A stretch of DNA of 22,160 nt from an uncultured archaeon (lineage in GTDB: Archaea; Asgardarchaeota; Hermodarchaeia; Hermodarchaeales; Hermodarchaeaceae). Where the stretch lies: positions 7,293-29,452 of the forward strand of contig CAYFXC010000023.1 of assembly GCA_964347045.1 (NCBI GenBank), written 5' to 3'. Positions 1 through 7,819 of this stretch are shown piece by piece. The notes under the pieces were generated by a model. It worked only from the letters and a program-made list of their open reading frames with translations, did no database searches and was not told the origin of the DNA. Positions within the stretch are counted from its first letter, which is position 1; each line of letters opens with the position of its first letter. The translations under genes were made by a program, and so were the position numbers.

Positions 1-13
1 CCGACAAAAATCA

Positions 14-457
14 CTACCAGCAACGGAAAAACAACCAACCATCCTTGACTTTCTTAAACCGAATTAAACAATATCGTCCTTGTATTTTGTTACCATGGAT
101 TAAAACAATTATTTCGTTTTTTTCCCATTTTTCTGTCTCATACTTTCCTGTATCCCACAGCTCAACCATTCCCGCTCCATATTCGCCTTCAGGAATAACT
201 CCTTGAAAGGTTCCGTATTCTAGGGGATGATCTTCCGTTTGAATAGCTAATCGCCGAACACCTTTTCCGCTAGGTGGTTCTTTAGGTACAGCCCAACTTA
301 CCAGCACACCATCTCGTTCCAGTCGTAGATCCCAATGTAGATTTCGTGCCTGATGACGTTGGATAACATAAATTTGATTTCTACCATGAACTATTTTTGG
401 CTCTGGTTCAGTAGTTTTCGTGAAGTCCCGTTTTTTCTTATATTCATCCAAGCTCAC
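14..457 (-). CDS. Stand-alone LigD 3'-phosphoesterase (PE) domain protein (DNA 3'-end healing)
   Basis: PE-domain motifs are present: Y..KRDF.KT.EP, IQRHQARNLHWDLRLE, SWAVPK, RLA..TEDHPLEY, FQG.IP.GEYGAG.V.LWD.G.Y. 147 aa with no polymerase or ligase domain. GTG start. Confidence 0.92.
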   Translation of the reverse strand: MSLDEYKKKRDFTKTTEPEPKIVHGRNQIYVIQRHQARNLHWDLRLERDGVLVSWAVPKEPPSGKGVRRLAIQTEDHPLEYGTFQGVIPEGEYGAGMVELWDTGKYETEKWEKNEIIVLIHGNKIQGRYCLIRFKKVKDGWLFFRCW

Positions 458-479
458 AAAATCCCAACCTAAATTTACA

Positions 480-731
480 CTAAATAAGGGTACCGTTATA
501 GTAAAGTTCTGAAAGTAAGAATTTACTTTTTTTGGCTAGTTCATCAGGTGAAATATTATCCCAAACCTTTTTCATGATTTCGTATTGGGTTTCGTAAGTA
601 TTGTAACAGGCTAAAGAAATATACGCGTTCACAGGGAAAAGTTGGCTTTCTAAGAGTCTACGGTCTAACAGGATATTAGTAAAGACATCTGAAATGTGAA
701 CAATTTGTTTGTTGACCGTTTGAAGATCCAA
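480..731 (-). CDS. Hypothetical protein, 83 aa (possibly a truncated N-terminal fragment)
   Basis: ORF with a GGTGA RBS just upstream of the TTG start and an AT-rich promoter-like region further upstream. Protein-like composition, no recognised motif. Confidence 0.55.
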   Translation of the reverse strand: MDLQTVNKQIVHISDVFTNILLDRRLLESQLFPVNAYISLACYNTYETQYEIMKKVWDNISPDELAKKSKFLLSELYYNGTLI

Positions 732-813
732 GAAAGGTCACCGCTTAGGAACGCTAAACTAGGGTATGTACAAGATATACAAAAGCTCTGGTGCCCGTTC
801 GAAATCTTTTGAA

Positions 814-1299
814 CTATCTCTTTCTCTTTTGCCGTGCGATGATGTCTTTTTCTCGTCGTGTTTTGGGTTTTGGAGGACCTCTAATCCTTGGAATCAGGCT
901 TATTACTCCACCAGTCATCGCTAGGATTGCTCCGACAAAGTGTGCGATTCCCGGGTAAAATCCAATCGCTATCATCATCCAAGCTCCCGCTGCTATCACT
1001 GGAATTCCGAAGAAAAGGGAAAGAAATCCTCCAATAACTCCACTTCGAAAGAAGGAAACTATTGATGCGACGATTATAATAATTCCACAAATGACCATTA
1101 CCACGATGATAATGAGTAGCATTTGGGCAATCAGTTCATACAATGGTCGAATATCTGGTGGAAGTGAGGGAATCGTTGTAAGAAATGGCATTAGCGTGAA
1201 ATAAATTGTAATTTGAGCCCCTAAAACGAGTATGCCTCCAAGAACCTGTATTAGGCCTCCAAGGTCAGAAAGACATGGTTTCTCTTTGTCATCAGACAT
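814..1299 (-). CDS. Hypothetical integral membrane protein (about 4 TM helices, basic C-terminal tail)
   Basis: Four long hydrophobic, Gly-rich segments followed by a K/R-rich tail (PPKPKTRREKDIIARQKRKR). Confidence 0.8.
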   Translation of the reverse strand: MSDDKEKPCLSDLGGLIQVLGGILVLGAQITIYFTLMPFLTTIPSLPPDIRPLYELIAQMLLIIIVVMVICGIIIIVASIVSFFRSGVIGGFLSLFFGIPVIAAGAWMMIAIGFYPGIAHFVGAILAMTGGVISLIPRIRGPPKPKTRREKDIIARQKRKR

Positions 1300-1522
1300 C
1301 TTCAGAATCGCATCCTAGGCTGCTGTTAGCGTCTATGATGACGTTAATTCTTAAAAATTCGGGTAATCGTCAAACAATTTATTGAATGGAAAGATAGGAT
1401 TGAAATCTGAACCAGCTGTATAATTATTTTTCATCCCCCGTTTCTTTCATGGGTGTTTTCCGAACCCTACGGTTACCATGAATAAATAACGAACCATCGG
1501 GGGGTTACTCTAGGAATTTAAA

Positions 1523-1945
1523 ATGAATACCGAAGAATTGATGAAAAAATACCAACAGCTAACCGCCAAACCCCTTGATTTGCGATCAATTGAAAATGAA
1601 TCAGGTGAATCAGTCTCCTCCCTTTATCAAAGTTCTTCGCTACGAATACTTTTACTCCGAACATCTGAGAAACCTAAAACAGTATCCGTCGAAGTAGAAG
1701 TCTGGTTACCGGGCAATAATTCTGATAACGGGTCATCACAATCCAATCAATCTATAAGCGAATCGGAAAATGAGAAGCTTGGTGCAACGCTATCTCAAAT
1801 GATTAACCATCTTCAGTACCTGTTGCGGTTGCATCAATTTGGGTTCGCTTTGGATGTTATTAAACACGATTGTCTTTGGACTGCTTCAAAGTCCTTTGAG
1901 AAGCCACCAAACCGTGAATTATTTGATTTGCTCTGTCCTCCTTGA
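1523..1945 (+). CDS. Hypothetical protein, 140 aa
   Basis: ATG-started ORF filling the gap, divergent from 814..1299. Globular alpha/beta-like pattern with a Ser/Asn-rich loop. No family recognised. Confidence 0.75.
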   Translation: MNTEELMKKYQQLTAKPLDLRSIENESGESVSSLYQSSSLRILLLRTSEKPKTVSVEVEVWLPGNNSDNGSSQSNQSISESENEKLGATLSQMINHLQYLLRLHQFGFALDVIKHDCLWTASKSFEKPPNRELFDLLCPP

Positions 1946-2106
1946 CATAGATTTTCTTTTGAGTGCAGCTATGATTTACTTTAAAAGTAGGAAGCATTGA
2001 ACTGTTGCTGCTTTCGAGTTGAGTTTATACTGAGAGGTTAAGCATTAAGTGATAACTTAACGTTTCCTACTCGATTGGAGGCTATCCCTGCTGCGTGGTG
2101 TCTGCG

Positions 2107-3075
2107 ATGGATCTAATTGACAAAGGTATTTTTTATGCCTTAGATTCCAATTGCCGCGTTTCTTATGAAGCCTTAGCCCGTCAATTTGAAATTAGTGCCA
2201 ACGCAATTAAAAAACGAGTTACCAAACTCCAGACTAATGGAATACTCAAAAGATTCACGGTCTGGCTGAGCTTAAGCATGATAGATGCGGAGATGATGGT
2301 CGCTTTTATAAACACTGATGAGTCTCAAAACGATGAGGTTCTCATTAATACAATTGGAAACAATCCGATGATTCATCGTGCTGCATATTTGACAAACGGG
2401 GGCATGGTTGTATTTGGTGAATATAATGGCGCAACTGGGCTTAATGAAATAAGTCGGTTTCTTCGAAACCAAGACGGAGTTAGCGAGGTAGAAATTCACA
2501 CGCTATTAACTGAAAAGGGTGGCAAAGTCACCTTCACTCCTCTTCAGCTAAAAGTGCTGCAACAACTCCGAAAAGATGCCCGAATGTCAATTGTAAATTT
2601 AGCAAAAAATACTGGATTAACTGCCCGGACAATTCGCCGGATCTTGAACCAACTCGGAGGTAATAATCCAACAACCCGTGCCTTCGTTATTCGTGATAAT
2701 CTCCGACCTGAAGAGCGCGCTTCAACCGAACCTGTCCACTTTAGAAGTTTCTGGAATTTCAATGCGGGAGGCAACATCTCTTACGGTGTGCGTCTTACCT
2801 ATAATGAAGAAGTAGTGAACCCTGCAGAACTTGTTGCATGGCTACGAAATCAATATCCTGTTGCGCATTGGTATTCCTATGCTTCTGCTTCCGAACCACT
2901 TCTTTTTAGTACCTTTGTCGTTGATAACGTGGGCGCGTTTGAAAAAATCTATCAGTCATTAAAACAGGGAGCCTTGGTTGATTCAGTAAAAGCATTTGCC
3001 TTTTATCCACAACGTCATTTCAAGGGATTACGAGAAATTCGCCTTGAAGAAATGCTCACCCGAACTGAGTTTTAA
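2107..3075 (+). CDS. Lrp/AsnC-family transcriptional regulator with two tandem wHTH + effector-domain modules
   Basis: N-terminal HTH (MDLIDKGIFYALDSNCRVSYEALARQFEISANAIKKRV) and a second HTH (LQLKVLQQLRKDARMSIVNLAKNTGLTARTIRR), each followed by an alpha/beta domain. ATG 2107 follows a GGTG RBS. GTG 2095 is an alternative start. Confidence 0.85.
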   Translation: MDLIDKGIFYALDSNCRVSYEALARQFEISANAIKKRVTKLQTNGILKRFTVWLSLSMIDAEMMVAFINTDESQNDEVLINTIGNNPMIHRAAYLTNGGMVVFGEYNGATGLNEISRFLRNQDGVSEVEIHTLLTEKGGKVTFTPLQLKVLQQLRKDARMSIVNLAKNTGLTARTIRRILNQLGGNNPTTRAFVIRDNLRPEERASTEPVHFRSFWNFNAGGNISYGVRLTYNEEVVNPAELVAWLRNQYPVAHWYSYASASEPLLFSTFVVDNVGAFEKIYQSLKQGALVDSVKAFAFYPQRHFKGLREIRLEEMLTRTEF

Positions 3076-3253
3076 TTTAATTTTTCTCAGATTGTTCTCA
3101 CAACTTTGTTTCGAGTATTAGTGAACCACACAGTTCGTTTTCTTGTTCGCATCTCTGGTTAGAAGTCCAATTTTAGAACTTGCCGGTATCCACGATTATA
3201 TACCTCTGAATTAGGAAGTTGGCTCTAGCTGGTTCATTCCAGGACGGACACGG

Positions 3254-4474
3254 ATGACACATAAACGGTTTGTTCTCATATTCTGTCTACCTTTACTAAT
3301 TCTCTTCTTAGTCATCGTACCGACTAATGGAACTTCAGCACAAACTAGGTGGGTTCCTGATTATTGGCCGACCACTGCTTGGCAAACCTCAACTCCCGAA
3401 GCCCAAGGCATGGATCCAAATTATCTTACCTCCTTGGATGAATATATCAACGATGTTGATTGGGGCATTGCCATGGTGGCATCATTGGTAATTAAGAACG
3501 GCTATATTGTCCACGAAACCTATTATGGAACCTACGGTGAAACTCACCGGAGAAACATCTTCTCCTGCACCAAAAGCTTTGTGTCCACCTTGGTAGGAAT
3601 CGCTCTATCAGAAGGCTATATTAGCAGTGTCAATGAAAATATCGTTGATTTCTTCAGTAACCGCATAATAGCCAACATGGATTCACGCAAAGAAGCTTTA
3701 ACCATTGAACATCTCCTAGCAATGACTGCGGGATTTGACTGGCCAGAACATCCCTATGGCGCAGACAGTCCCTACAACCAAATGACAAGCAGCGACGACT
3801 GGGTCCAATTTGTACTTGACCGACCCATGGCACATGAACCTGGTGAAGTGTGGAACTATAATTCAGGTGCATCCCATCTTCTCTCAACAATCGTCAATAT
3901 CTCCACCGGTCAATATGCGCACGAGTATGCGGAAGATCGATTATTTGCTTCCTTGGGTATCACCCACTATGATTGGGGGAAGGACCCTGACGATAATGCA
4001 TTTGGTGGAGCTAATCTTCGGCTAGCGCCGCGTGATATGGCAAAATTAGGATTCCTCTTCCTAAATAATGGAACTTGGGATGGTGTCCAAATCGTCCCCG
4101 CTGACTGGGTAGCCACAGCTACTTCTAGCTTCGAAATGGTTGGTGTTGATAGAGGTTATGGCTATCAATGGTGGACTCATCCCACCCTATCAGCGTATTC
4201 AGCACGCGGTTACCTAGGACAATTCATCTACGTTTTCCCTGATTTGGATATGGTTGTCGTCTTCACTGCCTCTACCAATTACGTCCAAGATGACATTCTC
4301 ATCGAAGATTTCGTGCTACCCGCTGCAGGCGTACGGATCGGTGGTGCTATCCCTCTAAATGGTGAATTGATACCGGTTGTTATTCTTGGGACAATTGCGA
4401 TCATAATTTCTGTTGCTGCAACCAGTGCCTATCTCCTCTACCACCGTAAGCAAATGCCTTCCTCCTCAAGCTAA
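3254..4474 (+). CDS. Serine hydrolase, beta-lactamase/class C (AmpC/NylB-like) family, with signal peptide and C-terminal TM anchor (paralog 1)
   Basis: Catalytic SxxK (SCTKS), WNYNS, LL.MT.G, PRDMAKLG and YGYQWW motifs. N-terminal hydrophobic leader and a C-terminal hydrophobic helix followed by a basic patch. Confidence 0.9.
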   Translation: MTHKRFVLIFCLPLLILFLVIVPTNGTSAQTRWVPDYWPTTAWQTSTPEAQGMDPNYLTSLDEYINDVDWGIAMVASLVIKNGYIVHETYYGTYGETHRRNIFSCTKSFVSTLVGIALSEGYISSVNENIVDFFSNRIIANMDSRKEALTIEHLLAMTAGFDWPEHPYGADSPYNQMTSSDDWVQFVLDRPMAHEPGEVWNYNSGASHLLSTIVNISTGQYAHEYAEDRLFASLGITHYDWGKDPDDNAFGGANLRLAPRDMAKLGFLFLNNGTWDGVQIVPADWVATATSSFEMVGVDRGYGYQWWTHPTLSAYSARGYLGQFIYVFPDLDMVVVFTASTNYVQDDILIEDFVLPAAGVRIGGAIPLNGELIPVVILGTIAIIISVAATSAYLLYHRKQMPSSSS

Positions 4475-4482
4475 CTCCTCCA

Positions 4483-4636
4483 ACGGCTCCCTGCGGACAT
4501 CCGGAATTCCGGCTTTCCGAAATCCGTTGTCCACCAGCAGTAGGCCCCCAAGCATTGGAAAACATTGGAAAATTTGGACCGAATGGCTCCAATCCTCTAA
4601 AACCTCTTGGTCCGAATTGGATGTCCCGGGAGCCGT
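4483..4636. ncRNA. Candidate structured non-coding RNA or cis-element (long closing stem with internal hairpins), family unknown
   Basis: ACGGCTCCC (4483-4491) pairs with GGGAGCCGT (4628-4636), GGACATCC (4495-4502) with GGATGTCC (4619-4626), and AATTC (4505-4509) with GAATT (4614-4618). GC-rich relative to the flanks and located between convergent genes. Confidence 0.5.
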
Positions 4637-4691
4637 ACCACTTCCTATCTTTTTCTCTTCGAAAATAATCTAGTAAATGTGTATTTCTAGC

Positions 4692-4853
4692 TCACGGGAA
4701 AAATGGGCTAAACCAAGGCGTATAACCTACTATTAGCGCTACAACAAAGATTGTGATTATAATAATCGCACAGCAGCCAATGACTCTACGGCGAACCGAA
4801 GGTTCTTCGTTGTGAATTATCACTGGTTCAGTTTCTGTTTCTTCAATTGTCAT
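4692..4853 (-). CDS. Small single-pass membrane protein, 53 aa (absent from the ORF track)
   Basis: Manual translation gives MTIEETETEPVIIHNEEPSVRRRVIGCCAIIIITIFVVALIVGYTPWFSPFFP*: acidic N-terminus, RRR, then a TM helix. A BRE/TATA-like GAAAAGATTTAAT lies upstream on the minus strand (about 4893-4905). Confidence 0.7.
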   Translation of the reverse strand: MTIEETETEPVIIHNEEPSVRRRVIGCCAIIIITIFVVALIVGYTPWFSPFFP

Positions 4854-4979
4854 AATAAGTTCGACCTTGGCTTTTCAAGGGAATAAAAGGGGATTAAATC
4901 TTTTCAATCGAATATATTTCCTCAAATTACAATTATTCCTTCACCAAAACCCCAAAAAGCAATTGAGAGGTTTTAGAGA

Positions 4980-5729
4980 ATGAGAGAGATGATTGATTAT
5001 GACGAAATAGCCCGAGATTATGGATTACATCGTCAAGTTCACCCTGAAGTCCTAAAAACGCTTTTAAAAATAAGCCATATCAAGCGTGATTCAAAGGTGT
5101 TGGAAATTGGATGTGGAACAGGTAATTACATTAATGCAATTCATAAAGCAACCCAAGCTAGGTGTTGGGGTATTGATCCCTCTGATAATATGCTCAAACG
5201 AACGCCGCAACAATCACCACAAATAACGTTCGAAAAAGGTCAGGTTGAAACACTCCAATTTGAGGATAATTTCTTTGACTTCGTTTTTTCTGTGGATGTG
5301 ATTCACCACCTTGAAAATGTTGTTCTTTATTTTTCTGAAATTTTTCGGGTGCTTAAACCTGATGGACAAATTTGTACGGTAACCGATTCAGAGGATATCA
5401 TTCGCAACCGTCGTCCTCTTGCTTTCTACTTTCCTGAAACCATTTCTGTTGACCTTCAACGCTATCCATCAATTATTGTGTTAAGGAAACGGATGGAAGA
5501 TACCGGTTTTCGAAAAATTCAGCAAATCCAAGTCGAATTTACCTATGAACTCACTGATATCCAAGCGTATAGAGACAAAGCGTTTTCTTGTTTACGCTTA
5601 ATCTCTCCTGAAGCCTACCAGAAGGGTCTGACACGAATGGAAAATGACATCACTCAAGGTATAATTTCAGGAAATAGTCAATATTTGCTTCTATTTGGTA
5701 AAAAACCGGGACGCATCGTTTTCATTTGA
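4980..5729 (+). CDS. Class I SAM-dependent methyltransferase (UbiE/Methyltransf_11-like)
   Basis: Motif I VLEIGCGTG, GIDPS..ML, LQFEDNFFDFVFS and EIFRVLKPDG. Confidence 0.92.
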   Translation: MREMIDYDEIARDYGLHRQVHPEVLKTLLKISHIKRDSKVLEIGCGTGNYINAIHKATQARCWGIDPSDNMLKRTPQQSPQITFEKGQVETLQFEDNFFDFVFSVDVIHHLENVVLYFSEIFRVLKPDGQICTVTDSEDIIRNRRPLAFYFPETISVDLQRYPSIIVLRKRMEDTGFRKIQQIQVEFTYELTDIQAYRDKAFSCLRLISPEAYQKGLTRMENDITQGIISGNSQYLLLFGKKPGRIVFI

Positions 5730-5870
5730 AAAATATGCTTGGTTCCAATTTCCGAACTAGTATTTTCAGAAATTGGCATTTCCACAAGGATTTTCGAACA
5801 ATATCATAACAAGGAGGAAACTCTAACTTTATACATGAGAATTTAATGAGTCAACCTTGGTTGAACATTC

Positions 5871-7061
5871 ATGAGCAGAAAACACCTCGCTATTATGGCT
5901 TTTATCCCTTTTCTACTTGCGTCGTTATTCTTTCTTCCAAATCATATCCCTGTGTCTGCGCAATCAATTGAACCAGATTACTGGCCCACGGTCGATTGGC
6001 AAACGGCATCTCCAGAATCACAGGGCCTAAGCCCCTTTTTATTATACCAAATGGAACAATATCTCGGAGAACAAAGCTGGGGCTTTGCAGTACGATCAAT
6101 CCTAATTATCCGACATGGGTATCTCGTATATGAGAATTACTTTGGAATTCCTGATCGGGAAAACCAAACTAGTAATATTTATTCTTGTACAAAGAGTGTC
6201 ACCTCAGCGCTCATTGGTATGGCTATAGACCAAGGCTATTTAGACGTAGATGATTTGCTCGTTGACGTTTTTTCAGCTCTTACCATCCAAAATCTTGATA
6301 GTAGGAAAGAAGCGATTACTGTTGAAAATCTACTAACAATGACATCCGGACTTCCCTGGGATGAGTGGACATATCCCTACGGCAATTCCAACAATGATTG
6401 GGATCGAATGACCACGAGCTCAAATTGGGTAGAATTCGTCATTAATCGTCCTATGGATTATACGCCGGGTGCACAGTGGGTATATAATACAGGTGGCTCT
6501 CACCTTCTTTCCGCTATCGTCGATGAAACTACTGGCATGTCGACACAGTTATTTGCGGAAACCAATTTGTTCACACCACTCGGAATCACCGACTATTATT
6601 GGTCTCGGGATCCCCAAGGAAATGTCAATGGGGGATCTTCTCTTCAATTACGACCTCGGGATATGGCAAAATTCGGGTTTCTGTATCTTCATAATGGCAC
6701 ATGGGATGGACAAGAGCTACTACCCGTTTCATGGATTATGGCATCCTCAACTAACCATGCGACAGTCGATAGCATGACTGAATACGGCTATCAATGGTGG
6801 ATTCATCCTAACATTAACGCTTTTGCCGCTCATGGTTATCTTAACCAGCATATTTTTGTGATTCCAAATCAAGATATGGTAGTTGTCATCACTGCCCGTA
6901 GCTCTTCTTTTAGTGTCATGCCACTTTTGGAGAATTATATCGTGCCTGCTGCAAGTGCATCTCCACCCCTTCCTATCATAGAACTTGTTACCGGTATAGT
7001 TATCATCACAATTCTGATAGTCGGTGTATTTGTTATTCTTTTACGACGTAGACGTACCTAA
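5871..7061 (+). CDS. Serine hydrolase, beta-lactamase/class C family, with signal peptide and C-terminal TM anchor (paralog 2)
   Basis: SCTKS, WVYNT, PRDMAKFG and YGYQWW motifs. N-terminal leader and C-terminal TM followed by RRRRT. Colinear with 3254..4474. Confidence 0.9.
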   Translation: MSRKHLAIMAFIPFLLASLFFLPNHIPVSAQSIEPDYWPTVDWQTASPESQGLSPFLLYQMEQYLGEQSWGFAVRSILIIRHGYLVYENYFGIPDRENQTSNIYSCTKSVTSALIGMAIDQGYLDVDDLLVDVFSALTIQNLDSRKEAITVENLLTMTSGLPWDEWTYPYGNSNNDWDRMTTSSNWVEFVINRPMDYTPGAQWVYNTGGSHLLSAIVDETTGMSTQLFAETNLFTPLGITDYYWSRDPQGNVNGGSSLQLRPRDMAKFGFLYLHNGTWDGQELLPVSWIMASSTNHATVDSMTEYGYQWWIHPNINAFAAHGYLNQHIFVIPNQDMVVVITARSSSFSVMPLLENYIVPAASASPPLPIIELVTGIVIITILIVGVFVILLRRRRT

Positions 7062-7137
7062 CATTAGTGTTCCGCCTGAGAATCCAGTTGCTTTATAGCC
7101 TGAATCGTCTAGTATGAGCTATTCATGGTGCATCACT

Positions 7138-7800
7138 ATGAGTGAGGAATCTGTGCTGGAAGAAATTACTTGCCCAAAAGGTGGAAAACCGCAAGCCATC
7201 AAAGCAGTAATACGAAAAGAAAAACTTAGTTTTATGGAACGTACAGCCAGTGAAGCGCTTGAAAAGGAACATCGCAAACTCGCGGAAACCGAAACTGATG
7301 AGTTTCAAAAAGAGATTCACCGCCAACTCGCTACCGCCCAAGCCAAAATGCGACAAGAAGGATTAGTCAAGCTTGAACTCCACTGTCCTGAGCACCCGGG
7401 TGAAGGAGAATTTTCGTTCTTCGTTGAAAATCTTCCAAGCTATGCACCTGTCATTAAAGAAAATATTTTTCGCTGCCTCAAGTGTGGTGGTCCCGTATCT
7501 CTTGAAAGTACCAAGACTTCAGGGGGATTCAAGGTGCTTAACATCCGATGCCCTGATCATGGAACTGGTCAACGGAAACTCTCTGCATCTACCCATAACA
7601 CAATTATGCAAGCTGAGCCCACAAAAACCACGCCTGCTCCACTTCCACCGGAGACAGAAACTCAACTTCCCTCAATAAAACTGGTCCCCCAAACTGAGGA
7701 TGATGTCATCATCAGCTTCTGTTGGAATTGTGGAGCGAAAACCATTGATGCCTCCTCCCAATATTGTTACAAGTGTGGTGTCTTGTTAAAACCCTCCTAG
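7138..7800 (+). CDS. Multi-zinc-ribbon protein with C-terminal double zinc ribbon
   Basis: CPKGG...CPEH and CLKCGG...CPDH, a Pro/Thr-rich linker, then FCWNCG...YCYKCG. ATG 7138 follows a GGTG RBS (the track start is 7114). Confidence 0.8.
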   Translation: MSEESVLEEITCPKGGKPQAIKAVIRKEKLSFMERTASEALEKEHRKLAETETDEFQKEIHRQLATAQAKMRQEGLVKLELHCPEHPGEGEFSFFVENLPSYAPVIKENIFRCLKCGGPVSLESTKTSGGFKVLNIRCPDHGTGQRKLSASTHNTIMQAEPTKTTPAPLPPETETQLPSIKLVPQTEDDVIISFCWNCGAKTIDASSQYCYKCGVLLKPS

Positions 7801-7819
7801 CATTCTACTGTTCAAAGAG

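Noticed and set aside
4553-4572. CATTGGAAAA tandem repeat as a CRISPR remnant
   Set aside because: Only two adjacent 10-nt copies, with no spacers and no cas genes.
4483-4640. Possible tRNA, tRNA-Sec/Pyl or tmRNA, given the stem followed by ACCA
   Set aside because: No proper T-arm (GTTCRA with 5-bp stem), D-arm or anticodon arm in the required positions. Kept only as an unknown structured element.
4413-4673. Track ORFs 4413..4673 (+) and 4401..4592 (-)
   Set aside because: They overlap the hydrolase 3' end, lack an RBS or recognisable motifs, and are better explained by the GC-rich structured element.
4401-4853. The reading frame of the 53-aa ORF stays open for about 96 codons after its TGA, which could suggest selenocysteine read-through
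   Set aside because: The TGA has no redox-motif context, the extension is not protein-like, it runs through the structured element and overlaps the hydrolase antisense, and I saw no recognisable SECIS core.
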